A stretch of 64,000 bases of DNA from Candidatus Hydrogenedentota bacterium (GCA_034669905.1 JAXMOL010000014.1:1-64000); one strand, 5' to 3'. Shown: positions 27,878-37,429, counted from the first letter of the stretch. A program made the numbers and translations. The notes: generated from the letters alone by a model not told the origin.

Positions 27878-29071
27878 TTACGAAGCCGCGACCATCTTAA
27901 ACACGGTGCCACCCCCATAGTCTACGATATAGAGTTCGCCGTCGGCATCTTCGCCAAAGGAAGCAACATTCGCCGGCCCCGAGGCACCGCGCAGGATAGC
28001 CTCCCGCTCTTCGCTCACGGTCACCGAATCATCGGCATTTCGGCGCAAGGCGTAGAGCGCGCCCGTAATGTAGTCCCCAAACCAATACACGCCTGCCAGT
28101 CCAGGCAGGGCGGTTCCCCGATAGACATAGCCCCCGGTAATCGACTGACTTCCGATGTTAAAGTATTCATGAAATGGTGCCACCCCGTCGGGCAGTTCAC
28201 AATCCGTGGCGGCCGTGCCGCAGAGAGAGCCCTCCCGAACACGCCAGCCATAGTTCTCCCCGCCGCCACTGGACGCCGGTTGAACGTTAATCTCTTCAAA
28301 GGCAAACTGCCCCACGTCACCGATCCACAGGTCGCCCGTATCCCGATCGAAACTGAAACGCCAGGGATTGCGCAGGCCATAGGCCCAGATTTCCGGGCGC
28401 GCTTCCGCCATCCCCACGAAGGGATTGTCGGGCGGAATGGTATAGGGGAGGCCATTGGCCACATCTATGCGGAGCACCTTCCCCAGTAACGTGTCGAGCG
28501 ATTGGCCGTTATTTTCGGGATCATTGGCGCTCCCACCATCACCCGAACCGATGTACAAATAGCCATCGGGACCGAAGGCAATCATTCCGCTGTTGTGCGT
28601 ATTGAAAGGCTGCTCCAGGGTCCATACCTCCACCGCCGAATTCGGGTCCGCCTGATTGGGGTTGTCCCCCCGGGCCTCATAGCGGGCAAGCACGTTGTGC
28701 CCCTGGGTGTTGGTATAGTTCACAAAGAACTGGCGGTTCGTCCCATGGTCCGGGTGAAGCGCAAAGCCCAGGAGCCCCCGCTCCCCGGCAATCGACCCCA
28801 CGAGTGCGCGAATATCGAGAAAGGGCGTGGTGACCCGCTCGCCGTCGTCGATGACCCGAATCACCCCGGCCTGCTCGACCACAAAGAGTCGGGAGGCATC
28901 TTCAGGCGCGGACGTCACAAAGAGGGGGCGCTCGAAGCCCGCGGCCACCACCTCGAGGGCCACTAAGGCCCCGAGAGACGGTTCGGAAGGCCCGGGCGCA
29001 TAGGGACAAGACAGTTGAGACGTGGCCAGAATCAGCCCCAGCAACCCCACCCCCATTGAACGCGTCTTCAT
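27878..29071 (-). CDS. PQQ-dependent glucose/sorbosone dehydrogenase-family lipoprotein (paralogue 1)
   Basis: Same motifs as paralogue 2. Its ATG overlaps the stop of the upstream gene (TGATG). Confidence 0.88.
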   Translation of the reverse strand: MKTRSMGVGLLGLILATSQLSCPYAPGPSEPSLGALVALEVVAAGFERPLFVTSAPEDASRLFVVEQAGVIRVIDDGERVTTPFLDIRALVGSIAGERGLLGFALHPDHGTNRQFFVNYTNTQGHNVLARYEARGDNPNQADPNSAVEVWTLEQPFNTHNSGMIAFGPDGYLYIGSGDGGSANDPENNGQSLDTLLGKVLRIDVANGLPYTIPPDNPFVGMAEARPEIWAYGLRNPWRFSFDRDTGDLWIGDVGQFAFEEINVQPASSGGGENYGWRVREGSLCGTAATDCELPDGVAPFHEYFNIGSQSITGGYVYRGTALPGLAGVYWFGDYITGALYALRRNADDSVTVSEEREAILRGASGPANVASFGEDADGELYIVDYGGGTVFKMVAAS

Positions 29072-30213
29072 CACGATTCTCCCACAGTTTGGGGGTGAAG
29101 GCGGGGTGCGGCCAATCCATTTCGCCACGCGCCCAGAAACAGGCCCAGCCCCATCGAGTAATTTACCATCCCTTCCTTAATTCCCTGGGACTTCAAATAG
29201 GTGTCATAGGCATGGTAGCCCACCTGCTGGTAAAGCCGGTTTTTGATGCGGTAGCGGTCCTGTATTTCCCAGCCCAGGGCCGCATCTTCACGGGCCCGCA
29301 ACGGCAAGGCCTCCCACGCTACGCGATAGCGCTCGGGGTCAGGCTCCCGCCGAATCAGGTCGAGGTAGATGCCCAGGGCGATGGCGTAGCGGGCCATATC
29401 GTTCTCCGCATTCAACCCCGCCAGGTAGCCCATGAGCGTCGCCTCGGACTCGCGATTGTACCCCGCCACGTGCCCCAATTCATGGGCCGCCACCCGCGTA
29501 AAGGACACAGGGTCCAAGGCCCCATCCACCCAGGGTTCGACGACGGGCGGCATGCACATCCCCATGGTCGAGCTGATGAGAAAAACCCCGGGCAGGGAAG
29601 CGCGAACCTGGTCGGGCAGGGCAATCGGCACCTCGCCCCGAGCCACTACCAGCCGTTCCATCGACTCCGAGATGGCCGCAATCGCCTCCGCTGGATCATC
29701 GGTGACCGCCCGGCCCGCCGTCTCCTGGATCATTGCCAGCAACTGGGCCCGGAGTTTCGTGACTTCCTCCGCCGTCGGGGGCGCCAGGTCGAGCGACCAG
29801 CGTTCGTCGACCGGTGTCCGTTGGTAGCCAGCCCCCCAGGCCAGCAACATCCAGAAGAGCAACACCACGGCCCATTGAAAAACGAGGGCGGAAAGCCAAC
29901 CGGCCAATCGCCAGGCCCCGGCAGCGCGCACGGCACGCACGTGGTACCACACCCACAGCACAAACGCCCCCACCATGCCGGCAATCAGCACGGAGGACAG
30001 GGAAAAGGGGAGCAGGTCTTGCACGGCCGCCAGGGGGCTCGCGATGACCCGAAAAAGCCCCTGGCTGTACCACCGCTCCACCACGTCTCCGGGTGGCGGC
30101 ACGACCAGCCACCCCAGCTCCAACAGCACCAGGCACAGCAGAAAACACCGCCACGGCGTCCACACCCGTTTCCACCGCGCACGCGGCCTGTCTTCACACA
30201 TAGAACCCCCCAT
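29071..30213 (-). CDS. DUF3810-like membrane protein with an HExxH motif
   Basis: 'VERWYSQGLF', 'WGAGYQR', 'AHELGHVAGYNRESEA', 'YDTYLKSQG...GMVNY'. Confidence 0.78.
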   Translation of the reverse strand: MGGSMCEDRPRARWKRVWTPWRCFLLCLVLLELGWLVVPPPGDVVERWYSQGLFRVIASPLAAVQDLLPFSLSSVLIAGMVGAFVLWVWYHVRAVRAAGAWRLAGWLSALVFQWAVVLLFWMLLAWGAGYQRTPVDERWSLDLAPPTAEEVTKLRAQLLAMIQETAGRAVTDDPAEAIAAISESMERLVVARGEVPIALPDQVRASLPGVFLISSTMGMCMPPVVEPWVDGALDPVSFTRVAAHELGHVAGYNRESEATLMGYLAGLNAENDMARYAIALGIYLDLIRREPDPERYRVAWEALPLRAREDAALGWEIQDRYRIKNRLYQQVGYHAYDTYLKSQGIKEGMVNYSMGLGLFLGAWRNGLAAPRLHPQTVGES

Positions 30214-30353
30214 TTCCGGGCCACCACACGATAGTGCTTTAACCGGGATGGTATCAGTCTATAGAATGGAATCCGGGCGGTCACGCTTCGGCAGCTATTG
30301 CTGCCAGGGGACCACGACCGCCCTCGCCCCGCAATGGAAAGGTACCAGTCATC

Positions 30354-31604
30354 ATGCTTGAAGTCAACGGCTTCCGAGGGATTCGATACAACCCGGAACA
30401 CATCAACAACATGAGCGATGTGATCACCCCCCCGTACGACGTGATCACCAACGAAGAGCGGGATGCCCTGCTGGCACGTAGCCCCCATAACTTCGCGCGA
30501 CTGCTCTTACCCGAAGAACGGGAATCGCTCAGCCCCTATGAAGCGGCGGCAGCCGATCTCGATACCTGGCTCGCCGAAGGCATTCTCCAGCAGGACGAAG
30601 AGCCCGCCATCTATCTCTTACAGCAACACTTTACAGACCTCGACGGCAACGCCCAGGTGCGGCGGGGATTCTTTGCGGCCATCCGTCTCCCCGAAGCCAA
30701 CGAAAACTACGTGCTCGGCCATGAGCGCACCTTTGCCAAGCCCGTGGAAGACCGTCTCCACCTGACGGCCGCCACCGAGGCCAATCTCGGCGCCGTCTTT
30801 GGCCTTTACAATGACCCCAACAACGCCCTCGGCCCCCTGCTTGAGCAAATGGACAGCCGACCCGCCGACATCACGGCCGATACCATCGACGGCGTTAAGC
30901 AGGAACTCTGGGTCGTCCACGACGATAGCCTGGTTCGGGGATTCTTCAAAGACCAGACCATTTACATCGCCGATGGGCACCACCGCTTCCAGACCGCCTG
31001 TACCCACCGGGACAATCTGCGGGCCCAGGGCGACCTGGCCGATGATCACCCCGCCAACTTTGCGCTCATGGGCTTTGTGGCCTTTAACGATCCCGGTCTC
31101 AAGATTTATCCGCCCCACCGCGTGGTGGCCAAGCCGGAGAATTTCGATATCGATATTTTCCACACCCGCCTCGCCAAACACTTCCGTATCACGGCCATCA
31201 ATGGCGACCTGGTAGAACGGGTCCAACGCAATCGGGGTTCCGGCATCATGGGCGTGGCCGTTCCCGGCAAGGGTGATTATCTCCTGGAGTTTTCGGGCGA
31301 CCGGGAAGAATTCCTGGGCACGGACCGGGGACCTTCCTGGCGTGATCTGGATGTGGCCCTCTTGCACCGGGGCATCATCGAAAAAATTCTGGGAATCCCC
31401 GAGGGCACCGTTTTCACCTATGAAAAAAGTGCGGCCAATGCGATGAGAGCAGCCCACGAAGGAGGCAAACTCGCCTTCATACTTCAGGCCACCCTGGCGC
31501 GACAGATTTGCGCCTGCGCCGATGCGAAGGAGCCCATGCCGCAAAAGTCGACCTATTTCTTCCCCAAGCTACCCAGTGGTGGCGTCATTCATCGGTTGAA
31601 ATAA
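30354..31604 (+). CDS. DUF1015 family protein
   Basis: 'FRGIRY', 'PPYDVI', 'HERT', 'IADGHHR', 'MPQKSTYFFPK'. Confidence 0.9.
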   Translation: MLEVNGFRGIRYNPEHINNMSDVITPPYDVITNEERDALLARSPHNFARLLLPEERESLSPYEAAAADLDTWLAEGILQQDEEPAIYLLQQHFTDLDGNAQVRRGFFAAIRLPEANENYVLGHERTFAKPVEDRLHLTAATEANLGAVFGLYNDPNNALGPLLEQMDSRPADITADTIDGVKQELWVVHDDSLVRGFFKDQTIYIADGHHRFQTACTHRDNLRAQGDLADDHPANFALMGFVAFNDPGLKIYPPHRVVAKPENFDIDIFHTRLAKHFRITAINGDLVERVQRNRGSGIMGVAVPGKGDYLLEFSGDREEFLGTDRGPSWRDLDVALLHRGIIEKILGIPEGTVFTYEKSAANAMRAAHEGGKLAFILQATLARQICACADAKEPMPQKSTYFFPKLPSGGVIHRLK

Positions 31605-31814
31605 GAGGACGCAGGGCAGGACGTTATTGTTGTCATGGCTGGGAACTGTAGCCCAAAAAGAAAAACCAGCGGGCCCCACGGGTAGGCCCAACGCCTTCCT
31701 TTTCGAGCCCCGGTCGACGGCCGTCGCGGACTCGTGGGTGGGAAGGCGAAAGACTGCTCCGAGAAGAAACACCCAGACCAGAACGATAGGTCCCCGGATC
31801 CCACCTATGGTCTA

Positions 31815-32738
31815 TCAGCCCCCGAAGGTCCACTTGTAGGTCAAGCCCAGGACAAAGGTCACCTGGTCACGCGAGCCGCCGGGACCTTCTACGATGGGGC
31901 TGTCTGCCGCGTCGCCCACAAGACGGCTATACCGCATGGCCGCCAACAGTCCAACCCGATCGGTGAAGTCGTGGTCGAAGCGCATCCCGACGAAGCCATC
32001 TTTGAATCCGGCGTCGGCGGCATAGGGACGATAGATGCTCCGCCAGGCCTCCCGGTGATCCACGCTGAAAAAGGCATCCATATAGTCGTCATCGGCCCAG
32101 GTGGTGCCCACTTCCATCCCCAGCCGCGTGCGGGGGGTAAAGGGTATACGTGTGCCCAGACTGAGCTTCGCGGTGAAACCCTCGTGTCCCCCGGCCACTT
32201 CCTGGCGCAAGACCAACTGAGTCGCCACCGGTCCGGTACGAAGAAAGAAATTGGCTCCGACATCCAGACCGACATCCACATCGGAAAGTCCGCGAAGATA
32301 CTTATTGTTGTCCCGGGTCGAAAAGAGGGAATCGCTGTCTCCCTTGCGCGATGCCGAAGGACTGATGGCCGGCTCCAGCCGGAATTCCACCTTCTTAAAC
32401 GGACTCTCCGCATCGTTTTCGAACTGGAGTAAGGTGTAGGAAAGCCCACGGAAGGAGAGATTGAACTTGTGCCAGTTGTTGATTTCAATGACCGGCAGGG
32501 GTGTAAACCCATAGTCCTTCGACCCTTCAAAATCCGGGGAAACAAGAAAACCTGCACCCAGACGAAGCGTGGTGGCATCGCCCGCGTCGGGAACCGCCGC
32601 CTCGGCGGCAATGGGTGCTTCAGGAGCTTCCTCCGTTGCCGCGGGGGAGTCTTGCGCCATAGCCCCTGGCGCACCAAATACGACCGCTGCGAGCAATACA
32701 CTGCCCGGCACCATCCTGTGGAGAATTTGAAAACCCAT
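31815..32738 (-). CDS. MipA/OmpV-family outer-membrane protein
   Basis: Signal peptide; 'PDFEGSKDY', 'WADDDYMDAFFSV', 'RLVGDAADSPIV'; aromatic C-terminal strand. Confidence 0.85.
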   Translation of the reverse strand: MGFQILHRMVPGSVLLAAVVFGAPGAMAQDSPAATEEAPEAPIAAEAAVPDAGDATTLRLGAGFLVSPDFEGSKDYGFTPLPVIEINNWHKFNLSFRGLSYTLLQFENDAESPFKKVEFRLEPAISPSASRKGDSDSLFSTRDNNKYLRGLSDVDVGLDVGANFFLRTGPVATQLVLRQEVAGGHEGFTAKLSLGTRIPFTPRTRLGMEVGTTWADDDYMDAFFSVDHREAWRSIYRPYAADAGFKDGFVGMRFDHDFTDRVGLLAAMRYSRLVGDAADSPIVEGPGGSRDQVTFVLGLTYKWTFGG

Positions 32739-32782
32739 GACCTCTACCTCCGGTCGTCGTTAAAGTTTACCGCGTGTATCGC

Positions 32783-32811
32783 AGTATAGACCGACCGGTA
32801 AGCACTGTCAA
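32783..32811 (-). promoter_or_regulatory. sigma70 promoter of the mipA-like gene
   Basis: TTGACA-17 bp-TATACT on the - strand. Confidence 0.75.
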
Positions 32812-32842
32812 AAGGTACACTGACGAAAGGCGACGCCCAAGC

Positions 32843-33013
32843 TTAGGCACGGGCGAGGAGATGGCGAAAAACCAACACGCTGGGCACCAGCAGAAGAATC
32901 GCCGCAATCCCATCCGCCATGCCGTCTGCCAGCAGGCCCAGGGTGATCGCAAAAGCAATGACGACGGCACAGGTCCAGGGACCGGGCGCAAATTTCCCAG
33001 GGGATTTAGTCAT
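32843..33013 (-). CDS. Small two-TM protein (56 aa) coupled to the PepSY-TM gene
   Basis: MTKSPGK...PW...GLLADGMADG...; its ATG overlaps the end of the PepSY gene; hydrophobic helical hairpin. Confidence 0.65.
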   Translation of the reverse strand: MTKSPGKFAPGPWTCAVVIAFAITLGLLADGMADGIAAILLLVPSVLVFRHLLARA

Positions 33014-34268
33014 GGAGCATCTCTCGTGCGGCGAGGGTTTCCGACACCGGATCGGGCGCGACGGCGGCCGCTGCCTGCGCCTTCCGCTGACGGGCACGCC
33101 GCCATTTGATGAAATACATGAGGTAGCCACTAATCGAAAGAAAACCGGATGATAGCCCAAGCAAGAGATACGCAAAATAGACGGGCTTCCCGCCAAAGGC
33201 GCCGGTGTGCAAGGGTGCCCCCAACAGGATGGCTTCCATCCACCAGGTAAGCGCATACACCTGCGGACGGGGTGTGGCTTCGGCGGTCACAATACCAATC
33301 TCCGGCACCAGGCCGTGTTCGAAGGGGTCGGGCTCGGCAAAAAAAGTAAAGACCTTGTCGCCCTGGATGGCATCGGGGCCGGGGTATTCGAGCCGAATCA
33401 CGGTGTGGTCTGGAAATACCGATTGGGCGTGACGGTAGATGACATCAATGTTGGGCGGCGGTGTCACCGGTACGATTTCACCCACCTGGGATTCGATGGC
33501 CTTCAAATCCTCCCGGACCTGAATCTGAATGGCGAAAAGCCCCAGGGTCAGGCCAATGCCGGTGACGGCCATCATCAGGTTAAAGGCGAGGGCGGCCATC
33601 CCGATGAGCTTGTGCATATCCGCCCAGCGAATGGGCGTCGCCCGCTTCCAGCGGATGGCCCCAAAGACCAGTCCCTTCATGAAGGGCGCATAAATAATCC
33701 AACCGGTGACCGTGGAAATCAGAAAAATTACGCCGCCGATACCCGTCAGCAAGGTGCCTACCAGCCCCAGGGCGAGGTTGGTGTGCAAACTCAGCATCAA
33801 CGCCGCCACGCGTTGGTAACGGGGCAGGGGCGCATCAACGGCGGCCGACTCCGCCGTGGCAACTACCCCTTCGCCCACAGGGGGAATCCCTTCGGGAAGC
33901 GTCCCCCGTATCAAACTCAGGGCACCGGTGTAGGGCTCCACGGCAAAGCGCAGATGGGTGTGGGAATCCACCAGTTCCACCCGCAGCTCATGAAGATCCC
34001 CCTCCGCCAGCGCATAGGTCACCCGCTCCACGACCAGCTCGTGGCCCGAAAAGTGGCGTGCCAGGCCGTCGATGATGGGCTGCACCGGCAAGACCCGCTC
34101 CCCATCAATCGGCACCGCGTTCCCCACCTCGTGGGCCTCCGACGCCACCAACTCCACGCTCAGCAGATAGGTGGCCGTCACGCTGAATAACAACACATGG
34201 AGACCGATCACAAGACCGGTCCATTTGTGGATAGCATAAAGCAGACGTGTTCGGCGTACTCGATTCAT
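33006..34268 (-). CDS. PepSY-associated TM helix protein (iron-regulated membrane protein, FoxB-like)
   Basis: TM histidines in 'IHKWTGL', 'LHTNL', 'DMHKLIG', 'PLHTG'; 'VEPYTG'. Likely start MNRVRR at 34268. Confidence 0.87.
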   Translation of the reverse strand: MNRVRRTRLLYAIHKWTGLVIGLHVLLFSVTATYLLSVELVASEAHEVGNAVPIDGERVLPVQPIIDGLARHFSGHELVVERVTYALAEGDLHELRVELVDSHTHLRFAVEPYTGALSLIRGTLPEGIPPVGEGVVATAESAAVDAPLPRYQRVAALMLSLHTNLALGLVGTLLTGIGGVIFLISTVTGWIIYAPFMKGLVFGAIRWKRATPIRWADMHKLIGMAALAFNLMMAVTGIGLTLGLFAIQIQVREDLKAIESQVGEIVPVTPPPNIDVIYRHAQSVFPDHTVIRLEYPGPDAIQGDKVFTFFAEPDPFEHGLVPEIGIVTAEATPRPQVYALTWWMEAILLGAPLHTGAFGGKPVYFAYLLLGLSSGFLSISGYLMYFIKWRRARQRKAQAAAAVAPDPVSETLAAREMLHD

Positions 34269-34288
34269 GGTCGTAATGGGTCCTGGCG

Positions 34289-34333
34289 AAAAAAAGGGAG
34301 TGCTGGTGGGATGGTGTGTGTCATCCCACCAGC
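34289..34333 (-). terminator. Hairpin or leaky terminator between the DUF1559 and PepSY genes
   Basis: 12-bp stem GCTGGTGGGATG/CATCCCACCAGC with a U7 tract 6 nt downstream on the - strand. Confidence 0.6.
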
Positions 34334-34365
34334 GAAAGACCGGAACGGGAGCAGGGTGTGCCGGC

Positions 34366-35343
34366 CTAGAAGAGGGTGTAGATGCCGATGAGGGTGCCAC
34401 TCGTGCCGTTGAGGGGCTGCTCACCCGTGGCGCTGTATTTCAGGAATTCCACGTGCCCGTCCATGTAGAGCACGTTGGACCCACCGGGAATGTGGTTGTA
34501 GGCCGACGGGTGAATGGAGATGGCGTCGAACATGACGTACACATTGCTCTGGGCCTTCGCGCTGCCTGCCGGATTATTGATATCCGTAATCAGGAAACGC
34601 TCCACGCCTTCACGAAGGCGGAGAATAGTGTCCCCACCACCATTGCCATGGCCCGGCGCACTGGAAGAAAGGTCGATGTCTTCCGACATGGCCGCCATGG
34701 GCGCATCGGTCGGGTGATCGGTCGGACTTCCCACGAGACTCAGGTAGCCCGCGAAGAAATGGTCCATCATCCAGCCCCACTGGACCGGCACCTCGGCCGT
34801 CGTATCGGCGCCGTAAAGGGTGGCCACATAATTCAGCGTCGGGGCGCTGCTGATGGCCATAAGCGGGTCATCGGCCTCGTTGCGGTCCAGCAACCAGCCA
34901 AAATACTGGTAGCTCGAATCCACCCCACGGCCACATTCCCGGAAACCGCCACCGCCATAGCCCAGGCACCACGCTCCGGTGTCATCCTTCATGCCTTCTT
35001 CCGCGCTCGAAAAATCCGCCGTGGAGGGACAGAGCAGGACACCGGGGTCGGTGAGATATTCGGGGTAAATCAGGGTGGGGTACGGCCCGGCATCCAGTAC
35101 CGCGCCCGCCGTGCCATCCGCCTTGGGGAGGTAGCCCAGGGCCACTTCCGGAAAGGTCTCCCCACGGGATTCGTTGGCATACATCTTCAAGACGACGCCC
35201 ATCTGCTTGAGATTGTTCTGGCAGCTCGTGCGCCGGGCAGCTTCACGGGCCCGGGCCAAGGCCGGCAGGAGAATGGCCGCAAGAATGCCGATAATGGCAA
35301 TAACGACCAGTAATTCGATAAGGGTAAAGCCCTTGCACTTCAT
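34366..35343 (-). CDS. DUF1559 prepilin-type N-methylation protein with an H-X9-DG C-terminal motif
   Basis: '[44 protein letters not shown]' and '[16 protein letters not shown]'. Confidence 0.93.
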   Translation of the reverse strand: MKCKGFTLIELLVVIAIIGILAAILLPALARAREAARRTSCQNNLKQMGVVLKMYANESRGETFPEVALGYLPKADGTAGAVLDAGPYPTLIYPEYLTDPGVLLCPSTADFSSAEEGMKDDTGAWCLGYGGGGFRECGRGVDSSYQYFGWLLDRNEADDPLMAISSAPTLNYVATLYGADTTAEVPVQWGWMMDHFFAGYLSLVGSPTDHPTDAPMAAMSEDIDLSSSAPGHGNGGGDTILRLREGVERFLITDINNPAGSAKAQSNVYVMFDAISIHPSAYNHIPGGSNVLYMDGHVEFLKYSATGEQPLNGTSGTLIGIYTLF

Positions 35344-35368
35344 AGTTACGTCCTTTTTGTAAAACCAA

Positions 35369-35386
35369 TGTTTAGTGATCTAAACA
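35369..35386. promoter_or_regulatory. Palindromic operator candidate TGTTTAG-N4-CTAAACA
   Basis: Perfect 7-4-7 inverted repeat in an AT-rich patch between the predicted -10 and the RBS of the DUF1559 gene. Confidence 0.6.
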
Positions 35387-35396
35387 ATAGGACGAA

Positions 35397-35426
35397 ATAC
35401 TATCACTTACTCTGCGCACAATGCAA
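35397..35426 (-). promoter_or_regulatory. sigma70 promoter of the DUF1559-PepSY unit
   Basis: TTGCAT-18 bp-TAGTAT with an extended TG, on the - strand. Confidence 0.6.
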
Positions 35427-35497
35427 TAGATAAATTACACACATCATCGCTCACCCAAAAAACCTGCCGAACACTTCGGTATACGTGCGCACCCAAC

Positions 35498-35529
35498 ACA
35501 AAACCCCGTGTCCTGGGGGACACGGGGTT
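35498..35529 (-). terminator. Terminator after the vWA-OmpA gene
   Basis: AACCCCGTGTCC/GGACACGGGGTT stem with a T-rich tail on the - strand. Confidence 0.7.
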
Positions 35530-35559
35530 CTGACTGGATTGGCGGATTGGGTCGACGCG

Positions 35560-36609
35560 CTAGTCGATTACAGAAATCTCGACGCGGCGATTTTCCTGGC
35601 GACCGGAACGGGTATTGTTCGGCGCAACCGGTTCGGTTTCACCATGAGCCCGGGGGAAGACCTTGTCACGGCTGGCACCACGGGCCAGCAGCGCCTCCAT
35701 CACGGCTTCGGCGCGACGCTGCGAAAGGGCTTCGTTGTAGCTGTTCGAAGCGGTCGAATCGGTGTGGCCACTGACGCAGACGAAAATGTTGTCGGTCGTC
35801 TTAAGGATGGACGCCACATTATCAAGGAGCGCGTTGTACTCGCTCTTCACAATCGATTTGTCTGTATCAAAGAGCACCTTGCCCAGAATGCGCTTTCCGC
35901 CGTCGCCGTCCACGATTTCGATGACGGCCAGGTCCTGGAAGAAGACTTCGCGGATGAAGGCGTCCATTCCGATATCGGTCGCAATCGCATCCCCGTGGCG
36001 ATAGGAACCGCAGGGCGTCAGGTTGGCCATATCGGAAAGCAGGCGTCCACCTTCCGCATCGTCACCCACCTGTACGGTATGGATGCACAAGGGCACGGGA
36101 CCATAAGCGAGCTCGACACAACGGGCCAACACGGCGTCGCGATCGGCCTTACCATCGGAAACGATGATGAGGGCCCGGGCGCGATGGGAATTCAAATAGG
36201 TTTCACCCACGTAGTGGAGGGCTTCTTCCAGGGGGGTGGATCCCGCCAGGAAGCGCGTTTCCGCGGCCGCAGCCTCAAGACCTTCCCGGTTAAGAGGCGT
36301 CATCGGATAGTCGGTCCACTCAAATTGCCACTCACCACCGAAGGACAGCAGCCCGGCACCGTAGTGCCCATCCGGGAAGCCCTTCACCATCGATTCGGTC
36401 AACGCTTTGCCGTAGGCAAAGGACGTGCCCGGCCACATGGAACCGGATGCATCCAACACGACAACCACATCTTGCAGACCGACCCGCTCCCCTTCGGCAG
36501 GTGCCGTAACGGTAGCAGGAATTACAGTTTTGTTCCCCATAGAATGGCAACCGGCAAGCGCCAGTCCTGCGATGAGTGCACAGGAAAGCCAGGATATATT
36601 TCGGTGCAT
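35560..36609 (-). CDS. Lipoprotein with vWA and OmpA-like peptidoglycan-binding domains
   Basis: Lipobox LAGC; MIDAS 'DASGS', 'GSTPL', 'SDG'; 'GHTDS...YNEALSQRRAEAV...NRRVEI'. Confidence 0.9.
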   Translation of the reverse strand: MHRNISWLSCALIAGLALAGCHSMGNKTVIPATVTAPAEGERVGLQDVVVVLDASGSMWPGTSFAYGKALTESMVKGFPDGHYGAGLLSFGGEWQFEWTDYPMTPLNREGLEAAAAETRFLAGSTPLEEALHYVGETYLNSHRARALIIVSDGKADRDAVLARCVELAYGPVPLCIHTVQVGDDAEGGRLLSDMANLTPCGSYRHGDAIATDIGMDAFIREVFFQDLAVIEIVDGDGGKRILGKVLFDTDKSIVKSEYNALLDNVASILKTTDNIFVCVSGHTDSTASNSYNEALSQRRAEAVMEALLARGASRDKVFPRAHGETEPVAPNNTRSGRQENRRVEISVID

Positions 36610-36673
36610 TGTTCACTCCTTCATTTACAGACCGCTTGGAATAGCGTCCCTCAAGATATATTCGGCGACTGTC

Positions 36674-36702
36674 ATAGTACGATTAATCGCCGCGAGTGTC
36701 AA
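36674..36702 (-). promoter_or_regulatory. sigma70 promoter of the vWA-OmpA gene
   Basis: TTGACA-17 bp-TACTAT on the - strand. Confidence 0.7.
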
Positions 36703-36736
36703 CAAATTCCCGCTCCGGCACCGGAACGAATCCCCC

Positions 36737-37429
36737 TTAGCTCCCCGCCTTCCCATTCTGACGTAGCACCGTTCTCAGCCCCACTACGAGCAGCCCCAGG
36801 GACACGCCATACCACAACACCCCCCACATCAGGGCCGGAATACCCGTATGGCGCGCCAGCAGGGTGGCATCAGATACCCCGCCACCGGGCCAGAAAACGT
36901 CAGCCTGGATATCGATCAATACATAGATACAACTGGACACCCCCACCAACAGCACCAGGAGCCGCTGAATCCAGGGCGTGCCATAGTACACGAGGGCCGT
37001 CAGGCCAGCGGCCGTCGCCAGTCCAAAAAGGAAGCCAAACCCGACCATGGGCCGGATATAGGTCAGGGTGACGACGAACAGCAGGACCGCCAACAGGGCA
37101 AGGAGAGGGCGAAGTGCCCGCTCGCGGCGGGCCAGCAGAATCGCCCCGAGCCCCCAGCACAAACTACCGGGGTAACCTGCCATCAGGATAAGGGTGTGAT
37201 TGCCCCCGGCGATCTGGCAGATACCACTTTCCCGGTTGGTGATGTTGAGATGGACCAAACGCCCCCCGGTCAGCACCCCGACGAGGGCGTGGCTCAACTC
37301 ATGAAAAAGCACGGTGAGCCACTTGAGGGGCAGCAGAATGGGCCAGTTCCAGCCGAAATACACGACGAACAGGCAAAGGAGGACGGACCAGAAAAAGGGC
37401 GAACGACGGGCCCGGTGCACGGTATTCAT
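36737..37429 (-). CDS. Peptidase M50B-like intramembrane metalloprotease
   Basis: 'FHELSHAL...TGG', 'AGY', 'SDA'; multiple TMs. Confidence 0.85.
   Translation of the reverse strand: MNTVHRARRSPFFWSVLLCLFVVYFGWNWPILLPLKWLTVLFHELSHALVGVLTGGRLVHLNITNRESGICQIAGGNHTLILMAGYPGSLCWGLGAILLARRERALRPLLALLAVLLFVVTLTYIRPMVGFGFLFGLATAAGLTALVYYGTPWIQRLLVLLVGVSSCIYVLIDIQADVFWPGGGVSDATLLARHTGIPALMWGVLWYGVSLGLLVVGLRTVLRQNGKAGS

Noticed and set aside
31815..32738. mipA-like gene as the outer-membrane component of the DUF1559-PepSY operon
   Set aside because: It has its own consensus promoter at 32783-32811, so membership is unsupported, although read-through is possible.
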